A stretch of 64,000 nucleotides of DNA from a virus. Its lineage: Duplodnaviria > Caudoviricetes. The position numbers and the translations under genes were made by a program. The notes under the pieces were generated by a model, which ran no database searches, was not told where the DNA came from, and worked only from the letters and a program-made list of their open reading frames with translations. Position 1 is the first letter of the stretch. The number at the start of each line of letters is the position of its first letter. This document shows positions 1-7,649 of the stretch, in pieces. The stretch lies in the IMG/VR virus record IMGVR_UViG_3300025133_000020. One strand, given 5' to 3'.

Positions 1-733
1 TGAAGAGGACAGAGCCGATTCACTATACGTTATGACATTACCAGATGTTGATTCTGGTGGTCAAATACTAACACCAGAGGATATCTCAAGTGACCTAGAT
101 GGTATGTACGATAGCAGTTATACTGCAACGTTCTTCCCGTGGGTTCAAGTGAGTGATACTGAGAACAACGTTTACATCTGGTTACCTGCAACAAGGGACT
201 GGGTACGAAACGCAGCTTTGACTGACAATATCGCATTCCCATGGTATGCGGTTGCAGGTATTCAAAGAGGTGACGTGGCAGCTATTAAAGCGAGAACTAA
301 ACTTACTCAAACTAATAGAGACACACTATATGAAGCAAGAATCAACCCAGTAACTACCTTCGCATCAGATGGTATTAAGATTTGGGGTAACAAGACTCTT
401 CAAGTTAAGGAAACAGCACTTGATAGAATCAACGTTAGAAGATTGCTACTACAAGCAAGAAAACTTATTTCTGCTGTATCTATCAGATTGTTATTCGAGC
501 AAAACGATGACATCGTAAGGAACCAATTCCTTGGACTGGTTAATCCTATCTTGGATAACATCAGGTCAGAAAGAGGTCTTACAGACTTCCGTGTGGTATT
601 GGATGACAGCCCAGAATCTAGAGATAGAAATGAGCTTTGCGGAAGAATATTCATCAAACCAACAAGAGCACTTGAGTTTATCTGCGTTGAATTCAACGTT
701 ATGAACACTGGAGCATCGTTCGAAGATGTTTAA
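1..733 (+). CDS. Contractile tail sheath protein, C-terminal part (gene starts upstream of the window)
   Basis: The frame is open from base 2 (EEDRADSLYVMTLPD...). It carries gp18-family C-terminal motifs WYAVAGIQRG, LYEARINPV, IWGNKTLQ, ALDRINVRRLLL, LLFEQND and GRIFIKPTRALEFI. Confidence 0.93.
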   Translation, partial: EEDRADSLYVMTLPDVDSGGQILTPEDISSDLDGMYDSSYTATFFPWVQVSDTENNVYIWLPATRDWVRNAALTDNIAFPWYAVAGIQRGDVAAIKARTKLTQTNRDTLYEARINPVTTFASDGIKIWGNKTLQVKETALDRINVRRLLLQARKLISAVSIRLLFEQNDDIVRNQFLGLVNPILDNIRSERGLTDFRVVLDDSPESRDRNELCGRIFIKPTRALEFICVEFNVMNTGASFEDV

Positions 734-754
734 TATCCAATGATTATCTATTTG

Positions 755-787
755 AAAAGCGATGCTTCAGCATCGCTTTTCTTGTTT
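755..787 (+). terminator. Rho-independent terminator after sheath gene
   Basis: Perfect hairpin AAAAGCGATGC-TTCA-GCATCGCTTTT followed by CTTGTTTT. Confidence 0.8.
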
Positions 788-793
788 TAGAGA

Positions 794-801
794 TATTTAT
801 A
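794..801 (+). promoter_or_regulatory. TATTTATA motif, putative phage late promoter
   Basis: Motif recurs just upstream of about 17 gene starts in the window; here 4 nt before the ATG at 806. Confidence 0.65.
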
Positions 802-805
802 GTAA

Positions 806-1180
806 ATGAAGAAAAGGATAAGAGTACGTGAAAGCCAACTACAAATGATTGTGGAGCAGATGGCGCTTAGAGAAAGTGCTGAGAACGTTGGTATGGACGT
901 TTTAATGGGTACTGCTGTCCTTATGGGTTACAAGCTTAGTGGTTTTAACGATAAGACCGCTAAAGACGCTCTAAGCTCTCCTGAGAGCCTTAATAAGATT
1001 AAGGATTATCTTGAGGATGAGGATATACAATATTTAGCTAAGAGCTTGGCAGATATCGGAATGACTGACGCCATGGATAAAATAGAAGCTAAAAGACACG
1101 ATATTCAGGCAAGGTTTAATGATATAGCATTTGACACTGAAGGGGTTAGTGGGGGTCTTGTAATAAATATTGACGAGTAA
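806..1180 (+). CDS. Hypothetical protein between sheath and tube, with N-terminal RVRESQ...LRE leader
   Basis: 124-aa ORF with own TATTTATA motif; no family recognised. Confidence 0.75.
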   Translation: MKKRIRVRESQLQMIVEQMALRESAENVGMDVLMGTAVLMGYKLSGFNDKTAKDALSSPESLNKIKDYLEDEDIQYLAKSLADIGMTDAMDKIEAKRHDIQARFNDIAFDTEGVSGGLVINIDE

Positions 1181-1203
1181 TCGACATTTTTTAAGTTACC
1201 CCA

Positions 1204-1211
1204 TATTTATA
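1204..1211 (+). promoter_or_regulatory. TATTTATA motif upstream of tail tube gene
   Basis: Exact motif followed by an A-rich leader lacking a Shine-Dalgarno. Confidence 0.65.
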
Positions 1212-1252
1212 AACGTAGACAATAATAATACAATTTAAAAGAAAAAGATATA

Positions 1253-1741
1253 ATGGCTGATTTACTAATGAAAATGCCCGTCCCTTATGAACCGAAAAGG
1301 AAGAATAGGTGGATGTTACGATTCCCATCAGATTTGGGTATTCAAGAATGGTGGTTATCATCAGCCGCTAGACCTTCAATTACTCAGAACGAAGTTCCAA
1401 TTCCATTCCTTAACACGGAAACTTACGTTGTTGGACGTTTCAACTGGGAAGCAATTGATGTTACATTCAGAGATGCTATCGGACCTTCCACAGCGCAAGC
1501 TATTATGGAATGGGTTAGATTACAATCTGAATCTATCACAGGACGACAAGGTTATGCCGCAGGTTACAAGAAAGACATCGAAATTGAGATGCTTGACCCT
1601 GCTGGTGTAGTAATTGAGAAATGGGTTCTTCAAGGAACAATGCTTACTAACGTGAACTTCGGTGACCTTAGTATGGATGATGACGCTATCGCTGATATCG
1701 TTGCAACATTGAGATTTGACAGAGCAATCCTTCTTTTCTAA
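1253..1741 (+). CDS. Tail tube protein (T4 gp19-like)
   Basis: 162 aa, downstream of the sheath gene. Motifs EPKRKNRWMLRF, SAARPSIT, YVVGRFNWEAIDVTFRD, AGYKKDIEIEMLDPAG and ATLRFDRA are typical of myovirus tube proteins. Confidence 0.88.
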   Translation: MADLLMKMPVPYEPKRKNRWMLRFPSDLGIQEWWLSSAARPSITQNEVPIPFLNTETYVVGRFNWEAIDVTFRDAIGPSTAQAIMEWVRLQSESITGRQGYAAGYKKDIEIEMLDPAGVVIEKWVLQGTMLTNVNFGDLSMDDDAIADIVATLRFDRAILLF

Positions 1742-1765
1742 TAACATTCGGAATATGAATCATGG

Positions 1766-1792
1766 AACCTCACTTTTACGTGGGGTTTTTTT
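1766..1792 (+). terminator. Rho-independent terminator after tube gene
   Basis: AACCTCAC-TTTTAC-GTGGGGTT hairpin (one G-U pair) followed by a T run. Confidence 0.7.
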
Positions 1793-1869
1793 GTGGTTTA
1801 GAGCGAAAAACTTGAAAAACTTGACTGTAAACTATTTACTATTACATAAAATGAACTAAAATTAACTTT

Positions 1870-2229
1870 ATGGAGAGATATAAACAACTAACCCTTGAGC
1901 AAATATATGAGCGATTTGACATAGCCCATATTAGAAGACTTATCGCGTACAGTGATAAAAAGAATCCAATCAACTTGGACAACGTATCAATGCACCAACC
2001 ATTATATGAGATGATGCCAGATGAGGTAACATTAAGTGATGACGCACCAATAGATTATAAAACTAAGGTGGCGTTACTTGAAGCTCAGTTAGAAGCGGAT
2101 AGAGCTAAACGATTAAATGAAGCTCAATTTGTGGTGGCAAATACTGACGACAATAATGAAACTGTCGAAGTACCTATGAATCTGTTAAAGCAGATTATGA
2201 CAGTTTTGAATAATAACAATAAGAAATAA
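1870..2229 (+). CDS. Hypothetical protein
   Basis: 119-aa ORF with A-rich leader; tightly spaced to the next gene. Confidence 0.65.
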   Translation: MERYKQLTLEQIYERFDIAHIRRLIAYSDKKNPINLDNVSMHQPLYEMMPDEVTLSDDAPIDYKTKVALLEAQLEADRAKRLNEAQFVVANTDDNNETVEVPMNLLKQIMTVLNNNNKK

Positions 2230-2240
2230 GTTTTACAAAA

Positions 2241-3293
2241 ATGGCTGATAAAAAACCAAATGTTTTCCCAACAACGGAGACAACTCCAGTAGAAACACCT
2301 GAAGCTCCAACACAACATGTATCTGACGCAGAAATGAGCGCATCTCAAGAGATGCTTAAGCGTACTGAACAACAATTAAAAGAACGTGAAGCAGCGTTGA
2401 ACACACCAAAGATTGATGCGGCACCTATTGAAGCTCTAAATTATAATCAATTGGCTGACCTGTCACAAAAAGTGACAAAAGAAGCTATGGCTAATCATCC
2501 AGCAATGCAAACTGCCGTGGTTCCAGAACCAGTTGATACCGAATTAAGTAGCCTGTTAAGCCCTAAATGGGATTCAGCTTATGATATGATTCCACTACCA
2601 TCAAAGGCTAAAACCTATAAAGGTGTGAAGTCTAGCGTTAAGGTGGCTTATATGACAGGTTCTGATGAGAATATTCTAACTTCAGCTAACCTATTGGAGA
2701 GTGGTGACTTCCTTAAAGTTCTGGTTAGTAGAAACCTATTAGAACCAAACCTTAAATATGAGGATTTATTGGTTGGCGATAGAAACGCAATCATGATTTG
2801 GTTAAGAGGTAGTTCATTCGGAAATATGTACCCAATCACTATTATAAACGATGACGGTGTGGCTGAAGAAGTAGAGTATGATTTGAATGGTTTGAAATAC
2901 ATATACATGGATATTGACCCAGATGAAAATGGTTACTTTGATTTTACGTGCCCACAGAGTGGTGATGTTCTTAAGTATCGATACCTAACAGTTCGTGACG
3001 AAGACGCTATCGAAGCTCAAATAGAGGAAGATGATGAAAACGGTGTTCAAGTTAACCGTAGGGCAACCTATAGATTACAACGACAAATCGTAACGATTAA
3101 TGATAATTCAGACGTTACATACATATCCAAACGTATTGACGATATGAGATTGGGTGATATTAGAGCTTTTAGGAAGTTCTATGACGAAAATGAATCAGGA
3201 GTGGATTTAAAAATTGAAGTATTGACGGCTGGGGGTAAGTCCGTCAAGACGTTTCTTCCGTTTAACTTCAACTTTTTTTGGTCTAAGTCATGA
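2241..3293 (+). CDS. Tail assembly chaperone / baseplate hub assembly protein (T4 gp26-like)
   Basis: Lies between tube and tape measure genes. Motifs YDMIPLPSK, VKVAYMTGSDENILTS, LLVGDRNAIMIWLRGSSFG and MRLGDIRAFRKF, ending LPFNFNFFW. Confidence 0.75.
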   Translation: MADKKPNVFPTTETTPVETPEAPTQHVSDAEMSASQEMLKRTEQQLKEREAALNTPKIDAAPIEALNYNQLADLSQKVTKEAMANHPAMQTAVVPEPVDTELSSLLSPKWDSAYDMIPLPSKAKTYKGVKSSVKVAYMTGSDENILTSANLLESGDFLKVLVSRNLLEPNLKYEDLLVGDRNAIMIWLRGSSFGNMYPITIINDDGVAEEVEYDLNGLKYIYMDIDPDENGYFDFTCPQSGDVLKYRYLTVRDEDAIEAQIEEDDENGVQVNRRATYRLQRQIVTINDNSDVTYISKRIDDMRLGDIRAFRKFYDENESGVDLKIEVLTAGGKSVKTFLPFNFNFFWSKS

Positions 3294-3534
3294 GTACCGT
3301 AATTGGTTAGAAGAAGAGTTTTTCGTTTGCACTAAACATATCGGATATTCTTATGCCGACCTATTGATGATGCCTACTTCAACTAGAAGGTATCAACTAC
3401 ACCTACTTATGAATGAAAACCGAGCTAAACAAGAACATTACGACAAGTTGAGGGAGAAGAACTCTGGTGGTAAAAATACCATTAGCGGTGACGCATTAAA
3501 GTCTAAGATGAAATCAGGTGAAATCAATACTTAA
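3274..3534 (+). CDS. Frameshift-accessed extension of the tail chaperone (G/GT-type product), not in the ORF track
   Basis: The +1 frame is open from 3226 to TAA at 3532-3534 and has no ATG before 3367. It is entered at the T7 run 3273-3279 and reads FFGLSHEYRNWLEEEFFVCTKHIGYSYADLLMMPTSTRRYQLHLL...KSGEINT. Confidence 0.72.
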   Translation, partial: FFGLSHEYRNWLEEEFFVCTKHIGYSYADLLMMPTSTRRYQLHLLMNENRAKQEHYDKLREKNSGGKNTISGDALKSKMKSGEINT

Positions 3535-3552
3535 TGTTTCCGACCTTAAGGA

Positions 3553-3559
3553 TATTTAT
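3553..3559 (+). promoter_or_regulatory. TATTTAT motif upstream of ORF 3577
   Basis: GATATTTATT 17 nt before the ATG. Confidence 0.6.
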
Positions 3560-3576
3560 TACTATAACCTTTAGCA

Positions 3577-4914
3577 ATGAAAAGAAGAGTAAAGATAACT
3601 GAGAGTCAATTCGATAGATTATTCGAAGATGATACTGACCCTATGCTGATATTCCAGAACTTGGAAGTGGGTGATAGTATCTATACCAAAGAGACAGATG
3701 GGTCACACTCATTCCAAGTAATAGATGATTTAGGTAACGCCCTTAAGTTGGCTAGCTTAGACCAAAAATCAACCAAAACAGGTTGGAATTATATCGTATC
3801 TAAGGTTGAAGGTATCCAAGATGATGATATTAAACTACAACTAATATCTAAGAAGAACCCAGACGCTGCTCCGCGTAATCATACAATAAAAGGTGTTTTA
3901 AGTGTTAAGACATTCGATAAGAATAACACCGAAAAAGATTCCGTTACTGTAGGGGAACCACCAAAACCAAAACCAGACCCAAACTCACCAACTAACGCTA
4001 CAAATATAGCTACGGATGATATTGATGATGAGGATACAAGACGTAAAACATTAGAAGATGTACTTAGACAATTAAAGGAATTAAAGGAAGGTAGGTATTA
4101 CATTTTCAAAGTAGAAGAGACTACCAGCATCATATTCAAAGTTAATAATAATGATGGGTCTAACCTAAATGTTACCATAGTATCATCAACTGGTGCTGAA
4201 AAGGATAAGTATTTAGCACTTAAAGGTGATGAATATACTATACCATTAACCATGGAGAATTTAAGTATATCGGATATGGGTCATGGTTGGTTTAATATGG
4301 GTATGATTGGTGGTGGAAATACCAATACCTTATCAGATATTTCAAATATCAGCGACTTTGTTGAATATAGTGGTGAAGATGATAATGACGACCAAGCTGA
4401 CGACCAAGCTGACGACCAAGTTGATATTAAAAAACCTAATAAGAATAAGATGTTAAACTTTTTGAAAAAAAATCCAGACATCGCTTCCGCGTTACACCAC
4501 CAACCAAAATTATTTGGTATGTTTGATGCTGGTGAACCAGTTGGTTTAGCTGCTCTTAATAACGTACTAAACAGTTATGAAGATAGAACAGAGGCTGGCG
4601 AACAATTCGAAAATAACCGTCAAGTTAAATTTACAATACAAAGTCACGATATCCAACTTAAGGTTGGTGCCACTAACACCGATAGGTATAAGAGGGGTGC
4701 TAATATGAGAGCTATAACAAGAAAAAATGATAGGGGTATTGTAATGTTATTTATTGGGGAGGGCACCAGAAATGAGCTTACCATAAAAATCTTAGACCTT
4801 GTAGATGATGATACATATAAGGTTAAATTCATCCTAACTAAAATCATAAATAAGGTGGAAGAGACTGATAGCAAATATGGCGTGATAAAAATAACTGATT
4901 ATAATAATAAGTAA
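3577..4914 (+). CDS. Hypothetical (probably virion) protein with N-terminal KITESQF leader
   Basis: 445-aa ORF directly upstream of the tape measure gene; acidic/Pro linkers separate beta-rich segments. Confidence 0.75.
   Translation: MKRRVKITESQFDRLFEDDTDPMLIFQNLEVGDSIYTKETDGSHSFQVIDDLGNALKLASLDQKSTKTGWNYIVSKVEGIQDDDIKLQLISKKNPDAAPRNHTIKGVLSVKTFDKNNTEKDSVTVGEPPKPKPDPNSPTNATNIATDDIDDEDTRRKTLEDVLRQLKELKEGRYYIFKVEETTSIIFKVNNNDGSNLNVTIVSSTGAEKDKYLALKGDEYTIPLTMENLSISDMGHGWFNMGMIGGGNTNTLSDISNISDFVEYSGEDDNDDQADDQADDQVDIKKPNKNKMLNFLKKNPDIASALHHQPKLFGMFDAGEPVGLAALNNVLNSYEDRTEAGEQFENNRQVKFTIQSHDIQLKVGATNTDRYKRGANMRAITRKNDRGIVMLFIGEGTRNELTIKILDLVDDDTYKVKFILTKIINKVEETDSKYGVIKITDYNNK
4387..4422 (+). repeat. 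12-bp tandem repeat x3 (GACGACCAAGCT) encoding DDQA
   Basis: GACGACCAAGCT GACGACCAAGCT GACGACCAAGTT read directly. Confidence 0.9.
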
Positions 4915-4916
4915 TT

Positions 4917-7376
4917 ATGGCTGATGGAAGTAGAGAATTAAGAGAACATTTAGCCTTACTAAAGAAGATAGCCAAATATCAAAAAGATATGGGGTCTGGC
5001 TTCGATGGGTACTTAGATGGTATAAAGAAGCTTGGTATGCAGCAAGCTCAAATAGAACATCTATTAACCAGTCAGTACCAGCTACATGAAAAAATTATAG
5101 ACCTTGAACTTAGGAAAAGTAGAGCCACTGGAGTAGTGGCAGATGATTTACAAGACCAAATAGATGCGGCTATAGAGCTTAATGATGCTTACGAAGAGGG
5201 TATAGCCTTCGAACAACAACATTTAGACCTACTTAGGGAGAGTACTCAACAAGTAAGTTTACTTAATGTGGGTTATAAATCCATGGGTAAAGCTTGGAAT
5301 AAAATTCCAGGTCAAGCCAAGAAAATGTATGGTTGGGTTTCCAGCATGGCTGCTTTGGATATGTCCAAAGATATTAAGCAAGCCGAGCTTAGTATGGGTG
5401 TACTATCCAACCAATCCAAGTTCTTCTCTAAAACAATGTCCGATGCTTCCAAGTCCACCATTCAAATTGGTATTGGCGTATCCGACTTAGCGAAATCACA
5501 AGCTGAATACTCCGAGAGTATCGGTAGAAATATGATGCTTTCGGAAGACCAGTATCAAGCTATGGCTGAAATGGCTAAGGGTACTGTTCTGGGTGTTCAA
5601 GGTGCAGCAGAGATGGCAGCATCTATGGAAACCTTCGGGTTAAGTGTTGAAGGTTCTCGTGATATGATTCAGGAGACCGTGGATGCGGCTCAGAGTATGG
5701 GTACAAATACCTCTAAGACCATCAAAGAGCTTAGTAACGCTCTTAAATTGGCTCAGAGGTATCATTTCAAGGGTGGTATTAAAGGAATGGCTAGTATGGC
5801 TTCCTACGCAGCCAAAATGGGTATGGATATGGCTAATGTGGCTGGAATGGCTGAAAAGGTATTCAGACCAGAAGGTGCTGTTGAAATGTCAGCTAGATTG
5901 GCTACCATGGGTGGTCAAATGGCAAGACTTGGTGACCCGTTCACTTTGATGTTCAAGGCACGTAACGATTTAGAAGGCTTCATGAAAGATGTTGGGGCTG
6001 CGGCAGAAGAATTCGCTCAATTCAATGAGAAGACTGGTGAGTTCGATATTACTGGTCTACAATTAGATAGAATGCGAGAGTTAGCTGATATTACAGGACT
6101 TAGCGTTGAAGAGATGTCCAAATTAGCTAGGGAAGGTGCCAAATTCAGTAAAATAGAAAGATTAATACCAGCATCAATTGTGAGTGATGAAGATAGAGAT
6201 TTAATATCATCAATGGCTAGCTATGATGCAAAATCTAAGCAATGGGAAGTAACCATAAACGGTGACACCAAATTCCTTAGTGATTTAGACCAGACAGAAT
6301 TAGATATATATAAAAGAGACCAAGAAAGCCTTAAAGAACGAGCAAAACAAGCACAAACGTTTGATGATGCGTTTAATAATCTTGTTATGCAATTCAAGAC
6401 GGTTGGTTTACCATTCGTTGAAGCGTTGAATGAGCATTTCGTACCAGCACTAATTGAGTTCCAAAAGAAATTAATTGATGAGGGTTGGATTGATAAACTA
6501 AAGGAAGTTGCTGAAGATGTGGCGAGTTTTGTAGTAGGGGTAGGAAAAGTAGCTAAAACATTCATTGATATCTTTGGTATTAAAGGTACCGCTATAGCTC
6601 TTGGGTTAACGACAGTATTCTTCAATGCGGCTCAGTGGTACGCCAATGGTGTGGCATTAGCTAAAGGATTCAATATGGCTAGTGGTGAAGGTGGTGGATT
6701 ATTTGACATGTTTACTGGTGGTGGTAAAAAAGGTAAGAAAGGTAAAAGCAAGATACCCAAGATGGGTAAAATGGGTAAGCTGAGTAAGCTAGGTAAATTC
6801 GCAGCACCGTTAGCCCTTCTAGGTGCTGGTATGGATGGTATAACAAATGCTGGTGATGATTCATTAACTGGTGGTCAAGCTGTTGGGAAAACCTTAGACC
6901 AAAATAAATTTATGGGTATGGGTGCAGGTTTAGGCTTGCTTGGCGGTCCTTTTGCACCTCTTACTGTAGCTGGTGGTGCTGGTATTGGTGCAATAATAGA
7001 TTTAATAGCTAATAACATGTTAGGTGATGATGCGTTAATAGGTCACCACATGGGGCAATACAACATGGATGATGGTATCATCAAATTTAACCCACAAGAT
7101 AAATTCCTTCAAATGGATGATGGGATGGTTGCATCAACTGATAAAGGAAAAATTGATGACATCGCTAAGACTTCAAAAGATTCTGGTGGAAAAACTAAAG
7201 TCGAATTTGGTGATTTGAATATTAAAGGTGAAATCACTTTGAAGGATAATAACGGAAATAAGATTAATAGTAACCTACTTAAAGACCCATTCTTCATTAA
7301 AGAAATCACAAGTATGATACAACAACAGTTGAGTATAAATCTATCAGGTGGAAAATTAAATCCTAACCCTGCGTAA
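4917..7376 (+). CDS. Tape measure protein
   Basis: 819 aa, Ala/Gly/Met-rich and helical, with a hydrophobic Gly-rich segment (AAPLALLGAG...AGGAGIGAIIDL); located after tube and chaperone genes. Confidence 0.85.
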   Translation: MADGSRELREHLALLKKIAKYQKDMGSGFDGYLDGIKKLGMQQAQIEHLLTSQYQLHEKIIDLELRKSRATGVVADDLQDQIDAAIELNDAYEEGIAFEQQHLDLLRESTQQVSLLNVGYKSMGKAWNKIPGQAKKMYGWVSSMAALDMSKDIKQAELSMGVLSNQSKFFSKTMSDASKSTIQIGIGVSDLAKSQAEYSESIGRNMMLSEDQYQAMAEMAKGTVLGVQGAAEMAASMETFGLSVEGSRDMIQETVDAAQSMGTNTSKTIKELSNALKLAQRYHFKGGIKGMASMASYAAKMGMDMANVAGMAEKVFRPEGAVEMSARLATMGGQMARLGDPFTLMFKARNDLEGFMKDVGAAAEEFAQFNEKTGEFDITGLQLDRMRELADITGLSVEEMSKLAREGAKFSKIERLIPASIVSDEDRDLISSMASYDAKSKQWEVTINGDTKFLSDLDQTELDIYKRDQESLKERAKQAQTFDDAFNNLVMQFKTVGLPFVEALNEHFVPALIEFQKKLIDEGWIDKLKEVAEDVASFVVGVGKVAKTFIDIFGIKGTAIALGLTTVFFNAAQWYANGVALAKGFNMASGEGGGLFDMFTGGGKKGKKGKSKIPKMGKMGKLSKLGKFAAPLALLGAGMDGITNAGDDSLTGGQAVGKTLDQNKFMGMGAGLGLLGGPFAPLTVAGGAGIGAIIDLIANNMLGDDALIGHHMGQYNMDDGIIKFNPQDKFLQMDDGMVASTDKGKIDDIAKTSKDSGGKTKVEFGDLNIKGEITLKDNNGNKINSNLLKDPFFIKEITSMIQQQLSINLSGGKLNPNPA

Positions 7377-7398
7377 AAAAATTATTTTCTGGAAACCC

Positions 7399-7429
7399 TT
7401 GACTTTTCGAAAAAAAAGTTGTTTATTTG
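7399..7429 (+). promoter_or_regulatory. Host-type promoter candidate TTGACT-N17-TTTATTTG
   Basis: Same spacing as the TTGAmA-N17-TATATTYG promoters elsewhere in the window, with one mismatch in the -7 box. No convincing CDS follows. Confidence 0.5.
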
Positions 7430-7432
7430 TAT

Positions 7433-7595
7433 CTCATGGGGGATTATAGGGGGTTTGGTATATCCCTTCGGGACAAAACAAAAAAACAAGAAAACAAAAA
7501 ATAAGGCTGAAAGCCAAGAGCCTGAAGGCCCTAATATAATAGATTATATAACTATTATATCAAGAGTGTGGTCGGTGAGACCCTTTTTCTTATTT
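7433..7595 (+). ncRNA. Candidate structured non-coding element (ncRNA or origin-like) between tape measure and hub genes
   Basis: Several short GC hairpins (TCCC-TTC-GGGA, GGCT-GAA-AGCC, GCC-TGAA-GGC, GGTC-GGTGA-GACC then a T-rich tail) and the palindrome ATATAAT-AG-ATTATAT, downstream of a promoter-like motif. Confidence 0.3.
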
Positions 7596-7622
7596 ACTTC
7601 GTGAAAAATTCCATTAAAATAG

Positions 7623-7630
7623 TATTTATA
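7623..7630 (+). promoter_or_regulatory. TATTTATA motif upstream of ORF 7650
   Basis: Exact motif 19 nt before the ATG. Confidence 0.65.
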
Positions 7631-7649
7631 TACAAACGTATGTATTACT

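Noticed and set aside
7419-7604. 61-aa ORF in the gap after the tape measure gene
   Set aside because: It has a non-ATG start inside the promoter-like box and low-complexity composition; the hairpin pattern favours a non-coding explanation.
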